DNA of 18,235 bases from Capsulimonadales bacterium (GTDB taxonomy: Bacteria; Armatimonadota; Armatimonadia; Armatimonadales; Armatimonadaceae). Both the position numbers and the translations under genes were made by a program. The DNA is taken from positions 1 to 18,235 of the forward strand of contig JANRLW010000120.1 of NCBI GenBank assembly GCA_033762295.1, given 5' to 3'. Every line of letters begins with the position of its first letter. Position 1 is the first letter of the stretch. This document shows, piece by piece, positions 7,550 to 15,382 of the stretch. The notes below the pieces were generated by a model. That model was not told where the DNA came from, searched no databases, and saw nothing but the letters and a program-made list of their open reading frames with translations.

Positions 7550-10500
7550 AAAACTCTCCCCTTTTCAAGGGTTCCATCGCCCTTTCGTTCGTTGTGAACC
7601 TGACCGCCGTGACCGTCCTCGGGTACGCGAAACTCCATGAAACCGTTCCGGCTCTGCCGACCGAGTCGAAGACCTTCGGACCGATCCGCTTCGGTGTGAT
7701 TCATCTTCCCACCGCCACTCCGACACCGAAGATCAGTTCCCCCACACGCCTTTCCGAAGCCATCGCTCGCGGCATTCAGGTCGGTAAGGGCGATGACGAC
7801 GATGACCGACCGGCGTCGATGGCCGATTCGTCCTCCGGGGGAGCGAACGCGAAACCCGGCATCGGACGGGACACCGGTGCCGGACGCAAGGGGAGCGAAG
7901 GAGCCGTCGGTAAGAGCGCGGGCCGGGGGGAGGAGGGCTCCGCCGGGAAGGATCGGACGGCAATCGCGAACAACACCGGCACGGCAACGCGGGAAGCGGC
8001 GAAATCCGGAGCGGCGAACGGCGATCGGTCGAAACCGGAAGAAAGCCGGTCGGTGGCGTCCGGCGAACGGACATCCCGGTCGGATAGGACCCTCCGGCCC
8101 GGCAAAGGCTCCGCCGCCGCGCCCGGTGGAATCCCGCTTACGGAGAATCGGGGGACGCCGCGCGCCGAAACCGCGGCGAGAGGAAATCGACAGGGGAAAG
8201 CGTCGGATAAGGACGGAGCGGAAACCGTCAACGGTCGGGAGGAAGGGGCAGGGGCGACCGAAAAATCCTCCGAAACGACCGCCGGGACCGGCACCTTCGT
8301 CATGCCCCGGGTCGCTCGTATGTGGAGCGTTCCACCCGGACAGCGCATCGTACTGCCCGAAGGCCTCAAACTGACGCTTCCCAAAGAACTGCCCGTTATG
8401 GCGGCGGCTAACCCGCTGTCTCGCGAACAGATCGAACAGTTGCGGAAAATGCTTCAGGGGCAAAATCTCCGCCGTATGCAGGGTCTGACACGGGAACAGC
8501 TCAAACGGATGCTCGCCACGCGCAAGGAATCCGAACGGCTCATCTCCCCGGAACCGGCCTCCGCCCCCGCTGCGGAGCCAACCCCGAAACCGAAGGCGGC
8601 CGCGAAGCGGGACAAACGCTCACCTTCGGAACGGGACCCGAAACCGTCCGTGGCATCGCTTCCGCCCGGTCTGAACTCCCCCTTCCGTTATCGCCCCTGG
8701 AGCCCGGTCTGGCAGCAACGGTACGCTCCTCTGCTGAACCGGGCCACACCCGATCGAACGACGGTCGCCGGACTGGCAGGAAAGGCCGAACGCCCCCCGA
8801 CGCTCTCCCCCGAACCCCGATTCACCGGAGTTCAGGTGGCCCGTGCCGACCGACCGCCGCAGACCGCCGAACCGCCATCGCCGGAAGGAAAAACAAACGG
8901 CACCGGAACGCCCGATCAGACCGGTCCGTCGGGTCAGGCAGGTCAGGCAGGTCAGGTCGCTCAGGCCGGTCAGGCCGGTCAGGCCGGGGACAACAACCGG
9001 AACACGGCTCCGTCCTCGACTTCCGCCACCGGCGCGAATGGCGGACGCCCCTCCGGAAAACCGCAGGGGAACGGCTCGACGGCGGCGGGCGGCGGCAACG
9101 GCGTTCCGATCGATCGGAACGCCGGGGCGAACACCGCGGCGGATGGCGGCAGCGGTTCGGGCAACGCGACGGGTAACGGAACCGGTCAGGCACAGGGAGG
9201 AAAAGGCAACAGTTCCGGTTCCGGCCAGGTCCTCGGCGAGGGACAGGGCAACAACGGTACCGGCGGCGGCAACGGGACGATCAATGCAAATCAGGCCGCC
9301 GGAACCTCCGATGGCCGACAGAACGGTAGCGCCGGGACCGCCTCCGCTCTGGGCGTCGGAGACGGCGCGGCGGGTAGCAACGGCGGAAACAATAACACCG
9401 CCGGTGCCGGGAACGCCGGAAACGGCGGAGAGGGTAAAGGCGGAAACGGCGGAGCGCTCGGAGAGGGCGGTGGCGCCGGGAGCGGAAACGGCGGGGCGGG
9501 TTCCGGGGGCGACACCGGCGGAGGCGGCGGCGAGGGGGGGACCGGCGGAGGCGGCGGAGCCCTCGACGGGTTCGTGGGCGGCGAACTGACCGACAACGGC
9601 GAAGGCATTGCCGGAGAACCCGGCGCGGATAGCGGTGAGGCGAACGGGATCGATACCGGGCATACCCCGGCCGTCGGCGTCCCGCCCAACTTCCCGGAGC
9701 ACAAACACCACCTTCGGAAAGGCATTCCCGGCGCGCTCGTCCTGCCGCCTCTCCCGCCGGTCGGAACCGACAGGGGGCGACCGATCCGCCCGAAGGAGAT
9801 TCAAAGGAGCCGGATCGAGGAACGCGCCGCGCCCCGTGGCGCGACCGATCCGCAGGTAGCCGCACGGGCTGCCGATGCCCGGAAGCCCGTGCCCGATAAC
9901 GCCTCTGCGAAGAAACCGGCCCCGCCCCCGCTCGTGACCGTCGTCGGGTCCGCCAGTCGACGCGGAACCGTTTCGCTCCTCCGACTGCCGAAAGCCGAAG
10001 CGACCACCGGCGAAACGGTCCGATTCCCGGCGGACGCTCCGCTCGCCGCGGTTCCGGCAGGCAGGACGCCGGTCCGCTCCGTCGAGGAATCGGTCGCCCG
10101 TCCCGCACGGCGAACCGCCGCACCTCAGTCGGCGAGTACGGAACGGAAAGAATCGCCGGTCGGTGCCGCACAGGCGCGACAGGAGACCCGGGAACGCAAA
10201 ATCGCCAACAGCAAGGGCATCCGGCAGGGGTCCAAAACGCCGATCCCCCCGACTCCGCTGCCCGACAGCGATGCGGAACTGGGCGACGGTTCGGGGCTTC
10301 GCGGCGAATACTACCTCGGCCGTAACTTTGAACAGTATCAGTTCTCCCGTGCCGACTTCGATCTGGACTTCTTCTGGGGCGCGGACCGCTCCCCCAGTCC
10401 CCGTCTTCCCGTCGGGGCCGACTGGTCCTGCCGATGGACCGGGAAGATCCAGCCGCGCTACACCGACACCTACACGTTCTACGCGGTCGCCGACGACGGC

Positions 10501-10767
10501 GTCCGGGTATGGATCGATTACAAACTGGTCATCGATGACTGGACGCTGCATCCCCTCCTGGAATACTCCGGAACGGTCAAGCTCGAAGCGGGGAAACAGT
10601 ACGATATCCGCGTCGATTACTTCGAAAGCGGTGGGCCGCCGGCCTCTCTCGGCATCTACTGGGAATCGGCGAAACAGGTGAAGGAGTTTATTCCCCAGGA
10701 ATGTTTCTTCTATCCGCTGGCCGGAAGCAAAACGGAACTGGAGAAATATGAAAAGCCCCGCTGGTAA
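7546..10767 (+). CDS. TonB-like membrane-anchored protein with a long low-complexity linker and a C-terminal PA14 domain
   Basis: N-terminal TM (SIALSFVVNLTAVTVLGY), about 860 aa rich in Gly/Ala/Pro/Arg/Asn, and a PA14 domain at about 10282-10716 (GLRGEYY...RWTGKIQPRYTDTYTFYAVADDGVRVWID...LEAGKQYDIRVDYFE). ATGA overlap with exbD copy 2. Confidence 0.82.
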   Translation: MKNSPLFKGSIALSFVVNLTAVTVLGYAKLHETVPALPTESKTFGPIRFGVIHLPTATPTPKISSPTRLSEAIARGIQVGKGDDDDDRPASMADSSSGGANAKPGIGRDTGAGRKGSEGAVGKSAGRGEEGSAGKDRTAIANNTGTATREAAKSGAANGDRSKPEESRSVASGERTSRSDRTLRPGKGSAAAPGGIPLTENRGTPRAETAARGNRQGKASDKDGAETVNGREEGAGATEKSSETTAGTGTFVMPRVARMWSVPPGQRIVLPEGLKLTLPKELPVMAAANPLSREQIEQLRKMLQGQNLRRMQGLTREQLKRMLATRKESERLISPEPASAPAAEPTPKPKAAAKRDKRSPSERDPKPSVASLPPGLNSPFRYRPWSPVWQQRYAPLLNRATPDRTTVAGLAGKAERPPTLSPEPRFTGVQVARADRPPQTAEPPSPEGKTNGTGTPDQTGPSGQAGQAGQVAQAGQAGQAGDNNRNTAPSSTSATGANGGRPSGKPQGNGSTAAGGGNGVPIDRNAGANTAADGGSGSGNATGNGTGQAQGGKGNSSGSGQVLGEGQGNNGTGGGNGTINANQAAGTSDGRQNGSAGTASALGVGDGAAGSNGGNNNTAGAGNAGNGGEGKGGNGGALGEGGGAGSGNGGAGSGGDTGGGGGEGGTGGGGGALDGFVGGELTDNGEGIAGEPGADSGEANGIDTGHTPAVGVPPNFPEHKHHLRKGIPGALVLPPLPPVGTDRGRPIRPKEIQRSRIEERAAPRGATDPQVAARAADARKPVPDNASAKKPAPPPLVTVVGSASRRGTVSLLRLPKAEATTGETVRFPADAPLAAVPAGRTPVRSVEESVARPARRTAAPQSASTERKESPVGAAQARQETRERKIANSKGIRQGSKTPIPPTPLPDSDAELGDGSGLRGEYYLGRNFEQYQFSRADFDLDFFWGADRSPSPRLPVGADWSCRWTGKIQPRYTDTYTFYAVADDGVRVWIDYKLVIDDWTLHPLLEYSGTVKLEAGKQYDIRVDYFESGGPPASLGIYWESAKQVKEFIPQECFFYPLAGSKTELEKYEKPRW
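8932..8985 (+). repeat. In-frame 9-bp tandem repeat, 6 imperfect copies encoding (GQA)n
   Basis: ggtcaggca ggtcaggca ggtcaggtc gctcaggcc ggtcaggcc ggtcaggcc. Confidence 0.85.
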
Positions 10768-13459
10768 GGGCCTGAAGGGGATGCTTCTCCTGCTGACGGC
10801 AGGGGTTTGCGTTCCCGCGCCGGCCCAGGAAACGCCGCGTCCGACCCCCGCGCCCGTGGTCCGTCCGAGGACCGCGCCGGACGGCAACAACGCTCTGATC
10901 GCCGCGATTCGCGACAACGACCCGGTACGCCTCGCCGCCGTTCTGGAACGTGGCGGAAATGTCAACGCCACCGACGCCAACCTTTCCACCCCGCTCATGC
11001 AGGCCGCCGCCGCCGCCGGTCCCGAGGTCGTCCGGCTGCTGGTGGAGAAGGGAGCGGAAGTCCGGGCGCGGGACAAAACCGGCTTTACACCGCTCATCAT
11101 CGCCGCCTACTCCGGAAAGCCCGAGGTCGTCCGCTACCTGCTGGAACGCGGAGCGGACCCGAACGACGCCGATAATGATCGGCGAACGGCCCTGATGGGG
11201 GCCGCCTACTCCGGCCGGGAAGACGTCGCCCTGCGACTTCTCGAAAGCGGCGCGGAAATCAACGCAACCGATAAGGATGGGTTCACCCCGCTGATGGTCG
11301 CGTCCGGAACCAGGAACGCCGCCCTCGTTCGACTGCTCCTCGACCGGGGCGCGAACATCAATGCGCCTACCCGTTCCGGCTTCACTCCGCTGATGCAGGC
11401 GGCGGGCGCAGGCCAACCCGCGGTCGTTGCCGTGCTCCTGGAACGAGGAGCCGAAGTCAATGCCCGCTCGCAGAAACGCGCCACCGCCCTGCTGGTCGCC
11501 GCCTATGCCGGAAACGCCGAAATCGCCCGGCTGTTGCTCGAACGCGGAGCCACCGTCGAAGTGGCCGATTCCGTGGGTCACACGCCCCTGATCGGAGCCG
11601 CCTACTCCGGAAATGTCGCCATCGCTCGTTCCCTGCTGGATCGGGGAGCCAGTATCAAATCGAAAACGACCGCCGGCCTCGATGCGCTGATGCAAGCCGC
11701 CTATTCCGGACGCCGTGACGTCGCCGCTCTTCTCCTCGCTCGTGGCGCGGCGGTCGATTCACGGACCGTTCGCGGTCTCACTCCCCTGATGCAGGCGGTC
11801 GGCGCAGGAAACGCCACCACCGCCCGGCTCCTCCTCGATTACGGCGCGGATGTCAATGCTGAAGACAGTTCCCGGCAGACACCCGCTGTCTGGGCGCGTA
11901 AACGCGGTCACGAAGAGATGCTGCCTCTGCTGCGCCAGGCCGGTGCCGTGATCGACGGAAAGACCGCTTCCGCTCCCGTCCCGGTGCCGTCCACCACCGC
12001 TCCGTTCTGTCAAAAACAGTTAGCCCTGTCTCCCCCTTCGGTCATCCCGGAAATCCACGGGCCGCACGTCCTGGGGATGTCCCCCGGACGCCCGTTCGTC
12101 TATCGCATTCCGGCGACCGGCAAAGGAAAACTCCTCTTTTCCGCGACGGGACTTCCCGCCGGCGTCCTTCTCGACAAAACGACCGGCATCCTTCGCGGTA
12201 AAATCGCCGCGCCGGGCCGGTACCCGACCGTTCTCAAAGCCGGAAAGGACGGCAAACCGTTTGCACTGACGCTTATCTGCGCGAAAGGAAAGATCGGACA
12301 AACCCCGCCGCTCGGATGGAGCGCCTGGAACCTGTTCGGAGACACGGTCGATTTCGAAAAGGTTCGGGAACAGGCGGATTGGCTGATCCGCTCCGGTCTG
12401 GCCGCGCACGGGTTCAACTACATTCTGCTCGACGACGCCTGGCAGGGCCGCCGCGATCTTCGGACCGGCGAACTGACCGCCAATCAGCGGATGCGCAGCA
12501 TCAAGGCTCTGGCCGATTACCTGCATGCCCGCGGCCTGCGCCTGGGAATCTACTCGTCGCCGAATGAGGAGACCGGCGGTGGCTACACAGGAAGCCAGGG
12601 CCGGGAGGAACAGGATGCCCGAACGTTCGCCGCCTGGGGCGTCGATTACCTGAAATATGACTGGACCGATAACAAACAGGGACGCCTGAACGTCGATCGG
12701 GAAACCGTTATCGCGGCGTTCGCCCGGATGCGCACGGCTCTCGATAAGACCGATCGTGACATCTTCTATGCCATCACTCCGTACGGGTTCGGAGGAGTAC
12801 AGCCGTGGGGCGACCCGCCGGTTTCCGCCAATAGCTGGTGGACCTCCCTTCAGGTCGTCGAAAGCTGGGACGCGATGTCGCGGAACGGCTTCCGCCTGGG
12901 CGTCGGGTTCGGTCAACCCGCCGGTCCCGGCCACTGGAACGACCCCGGATGGCTGCTCGTCGGGAAGATCGGATCGGCAAGCATCAACCCGCACTTCACC
13001 GCACTGACAGCCGACGAACAGAAAACGCAGATCTCCCTCTGGACCGTGGTGGCCGCGCCGTTGATCCTTTCCTGTGACCTGCGGCAACTCGACCCCAATC
13101 GCTTCTTTCCGATCACGACCGCCCTGCTCACCAATGACGAAGTCCTCGCCGTTCACCAGGACGCTCTGGGCAAGCCGGGCGAGCGGATCGGGACGCAGGG
13201 ACGGGCGGAAATCTGGGCGCGTTCCCTCGCCGATGGCACGATCGCGATCGGCCTGTTCAACCGGGGCGACTCCGAACAGAAGGTAACCGTGGATTTCGAA
13301 AGCCTGAAGGAGTGGGACGGCGGGGAACGCACGGGACCGCAGCCGGTTCGCGACCTCTGGTTGCGTCAGGATAAGGGAACGGCCACGGACTCCTTTTCCG
13401 CGTCCGTTCCCGCCCACGGGGTCGTGCTGATCCGCCTGGGAAAGCCGACCACGCCTTAA
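10748..13459 (+). CDS. Secreted ankyrin-repeat / Ig-like (He_PIG) / GH27 alpha-galactosidase-like fusion protein
   Basis: Signal peptide ending VPAPA-Q, 11 ankyrin repeats (10880-11947), He_PIG-like segment (FSATGLPAGVLLDKTTGILRG), GH27 barrel (TPPLGWSAWN, LDDAWQ, GIYSSP, WGVDYLKYD, GHWNDP) and C-terminal beta-sandwich (VRDLW, VPAHGVVL). Confidence 0.9.
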   Translation: MKSPAGKGLKGMLLLLTAGVCVPAPAQETPRPTPAPVVRPRTAPDGNNALIAAIRDNDPVRLAAVLERGGNVNATDANLSTPLMQAAAAAGPEVVRLLVEKGAEVRARDKTGFTPLIIAAYSGKPEVVRYLLERGADPNDADNDRRTALMGAAYSGREDVALRLLESGAEINATDKDGFTPLMVASGTRNAALVRLLLDRGANINAPTRSGFTPLMQAAGAGQPAVVAVLLERGAEVNARSQKRATALLVAAYAGNAEIARLLLERGATVEVADSVGHTPLIGAAYSGNVAIARSLLDRGASIKSKTTAGLDALMQAAYSGRRDVAALLLARGAAVDSRTVRGLTPLMQAVGAGNATTARLLLDYGADVNAEDSSRQTPAVWARKRGHEEMLPLLRQAGAVIDGKTASAPVPVPSTTAPFCQKQLALSPPSVIPEIHGPHVLGMSPGRPFVYRIPATGKGKLLFSATGLPAGVLLDKTTGILRGKIAAPGRYPTVLKAGKDGKPFALTLICAKGKIGQTPPLGWSAWNLFGDTVDFEKVREQADWLIRSGLAAHGFNYILLDDAWQGRRDLRTGELTANQRMRSIKALADYLHARGLRLGIYSSPNEETGGGYTGSQGREEQDARTFAAWGVDYLKYDWTDNKQGRLNVDRETVIAAFARMRTALDKTDRDIFYAITPYGFGGVQPWGDPPVSANSWWTSLQVVESWDAMSRNGFRLGVGFGQPAGPGHWNDPGWLLVGKIGSASINPHFTALTADEQKTQISLWTVVAAPLILSCDLRQLDPNRFFPITTALLTNDEVLAVHQDALGKPGERIGTQGRAEIWARSLADGTIAIGLFNRGDSEQKVTVDFESLKEWDGGERTGPQPVRDLWLRQDKGTATDSFSASVPAHGVVLIRLGKPTTP
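10880..11947 (+). repeat. Ankyrin repeat array (11 units of about 33 aa)
   Basis: Repeated G-x-TPL-xx-AA-x-x-G-...-LL-x-x-GA-x-VN pattern at 33-aa periodicity. Confidence 0.93.
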
Positions 13460-14463
13460 CCGGCCGTCGGGCGCGTCTTCCAGGCGGAAAGGACCGTTTG
13501 TTCCTTCTCGCGCGTCAGCGTGTTCCGATAGGTCCCCTCCTTCGGTCGGCCCAGGTCCCAGAGGAGCGTGTCATGCACCGTTTCGGATAATGGCCGGATC
13601 GACAGGCCGTGCTTCAACGCCTTCGCGATCGAGATCGTGTCGAAACCGCGGCCCATCTCCGATGGCACCCAGAGCGGTAGTTCCGACCACGGGGTAACCC
13701 CCTGTTCCTGCAGAAAGTCCTCCGAAACGTAGGTGAACGTCGCGTCGCTGCTGGTGACCGTGCGGCAGGTATCCATCAGTTCATCCATCGTCAACGGATA
13801 GTCCGGTCCGCAGACATTGAAGGTACCGGTAACGCCTCGCTCGATCAGGCGAATATTCCATTCGGCCAGGTCGCGAACGTCGATGATTTGCACTCCGCGT
13901 TCGGGGTCGTCCGGAACGAGCACCTCCCCGCCCTCCGCGATCCGTTTCGGCCAGTAGGAGAACCGGTCCGAAACATCGTAAGGCCCGACAATCAGACCGG
14001 GCCGCAAAACCTGAGTCCGACCCGGCAATGCCGCTTCCGCCGCCCTTTCGCAAAGCGCCTTCAGCGGCCCGTAGGTGTCTCCGTTCACCTCCTCGACGGT
14101 CGGGTCGTCCATCGTCCCGAGTGCGGCGGACTCGTCCATGTTCTCCGTCCGATAGTCCCTGTAGACGGAAACGGACGAAATGAAACAATACAGCTTCGTT
14201 CGGTCGGCCAGAAGCGATGCCGACGCCGTCACTTCCCTGGGAATGTAACCGCAGGTATCGATCACCGCGTCCCATTCTCGTTCCGCCAGCGGCCGCAGTT
14301 CCTCCGGATTTCGCCGGTCTCCCCGGATCTTTTCCACCTCCGGAAACCAGTCCGGATTATGCTTTCCCCGATTGAATAGCGTCACCTCATGGCGACGTTC
14401 GAGCGCGGCCTCCGTCAAATGACGGCCCAGAAAAATCGTCCCGCCCAGGATCAGAATTCTCAT
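13456..14463 (-). CDS. NAD-dependent epimerase/dehydratase family protein (atypical SDR, isoflavone-reductase-like)
   Basis: MRILILGGTIFLG Rossmann motif, YCFISSVSVY, YGPLK (YxxxK) and LRPGLIVGP. Its stop overlaps the stop of the convergent GH27 gene (TTAA). Confidence 0.92.
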   Translation of the reverse strand: MRILILGGTIFLGRHLTEAALERRHEVTLFNRGKHNPDWFPEVEKIRGDRRNPEELRPLAEREWDAVIDTCGYIPREVTASASLLADRTKLYCFISSVSVYRDYRTENMDESAALGTMDDPTVEEVNGDTYGPLKALCERAAEAALPGRTQVLRPGLIVGPYDVSDRFSYWPKRIAEGGEVLVPDDPERGVQIIDVRDLAEWNIRLIERGVTGTFNVCGPDYPLTMDELMDTCRTVTSSDATFTYVSEDFLQEQGVTPWSELPLWVPSEMGRGFDTISIAKALKHGLSIRPLSETVHDTLLWDLGRPKEGTYRNTLTREKEQTVLSAWKTRPTAG

Positions 14464-14475
14464 GCTCTCACTATA
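14464..14475 (-). promoter_or_regulatory. Putative -10 box for leaderless transcription of the epimerase gene
   Basis: Minus strand reads TATAGT-gagagc-ATG, a TANNNT box 6 nt before the start codon, with no good SD. Confidence 0.6.
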
Positions 14476-14514
14476 CCGCCGTTCGAAAGACGGCGATCCC
14501 TTCCCGTACGCGAA

Positions 14515-14543
14515 TTCCCAAACAAAGGGTCGTGCTGTATAAT
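14515..14543 (+). promoter_or_regulatory. Putative sigma70-type promoter for the ASCH-HIT genes
   Basis: TTCCCA (14515-14520), 17-nt spacer, perfect TATAAT (14538-14543). Confidence 0.6.
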
Positions 14544-14588
14544 CCGTACATTACATCGGAGCCAGATGAGACAGGGGCATTTGCCGGG

Positions 14589-14957
14589 ATGTTTGCACTC
14601 AACTTTTATAACGAACTGTACGGCGACGCGATTCGCAAAGGCCGCAAGACAGCGACGATTCGCCTCGGAGACAAATCCGATAAGTATCAGACCGGGCAGA
14701 TCGTCTGGGTCACGATGGGGCAGCGTTTCGGACGCCATACCAAAATCTTCACCGCAATCCTTGATGCCGTGGAAGTCAAACCCCTGGGCGAACTCTCGCC
14801 GCGAGATATCCAGCGTGAGAACCCTGAGTTCCGGAACCATGACGACATCCTCCAGGTGCTCTCCCGCATCTACGACCGGGTCGTCACCCTGGAAGACACC
14901 GTGACCATCATCTACTTTTCTCCCGTGGATGAATACGGACTGGAAGGAATCGGCTGA
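14589..14957 (+). CDS. ASCH domain protein
   Basis: ASCH signature IRKGRKTATIR (GxKxxTxR) near the N-terminus and a later LSPRDIQRE motif. ATG 14589 is chosen because the ORF-track GTG 14532 lies inside the promoter. Confidence 0.85.
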   Translation: MFALNFYNELYGDAIRKGRKTATIRLGDKSDKYQTGQIVWVTMGQRFGRHTKIFTAILDAVEVKPLGELSPRDIQRENPEFRNHDDILQVLSRIYDRVVTLEDTVTIIYFSPVDEYGLEGIG

Positions 14958-15382
14958 TGGCTCTGACGCATGTTCCCGACCCGAATTGGCAAATCGCCGA
15001 AACGTCGACCTGGGCGGTCGTTCTCAATACCGATCAGTCGCTTCTGGGACGCTGTTTCTGCCTGCTGAAGCGACCCGAAACCGACGTGACCGCGCTTACC
15101 GACGCGGAACTGGCATCGCTCTGGGAACTGACCCGCCGGGTCAAACAGGCGCTGGAAGATGCCTGGGAACCGGACCATTTCAACTATGCCTTCCTCATGA
15201 ACCTCGACAAACAGGTCCACTTCCATATCATTCCCCGCTACCGGCATAAACGGGAGTTCGGCGGCGGCACCTACGTCGATTCCGAGTTCGGCAACCATTA
15301 CGGAACCGGCCCCGCCCGAAACCTGGAGCAGGTCGGCTACGATTCCATCCTCAACGAACTTCGGAAACGACTGAACGGCTAG
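14957..15382 (+). CDS. HIT family nucleotide hydrolase
   Basis: PDHFNYAFLMN...QVHFHIIPRY HIT-type motif, typical size of 141 aa, and TGATG coupling to the ASCH gene. Confidence 0.85.
   Translation: MALTHVPDPNWQIAETSTWAVVLNTDQSLLGRCFCLLKRPETDVTALTDAELASLWELTRRVKQALEDAWEPDHFNYAFLMNLDKQVHFHIIPRYRHKREFGGGTYVDSEFGNHYGTGPARNLEQVGYDSILNELRKRLNG

Noticed and set aside
8620..11100. 826-aa antisense ORF and the other long overlapping ORFs (7390-8463, 10688-11695, 12020-13417, 15379-16296, 16356-17522)
   Set aside because: These are shadow or alternative frames of well-supported genes, with low-information Arg/Gly/Pro-rich translations.
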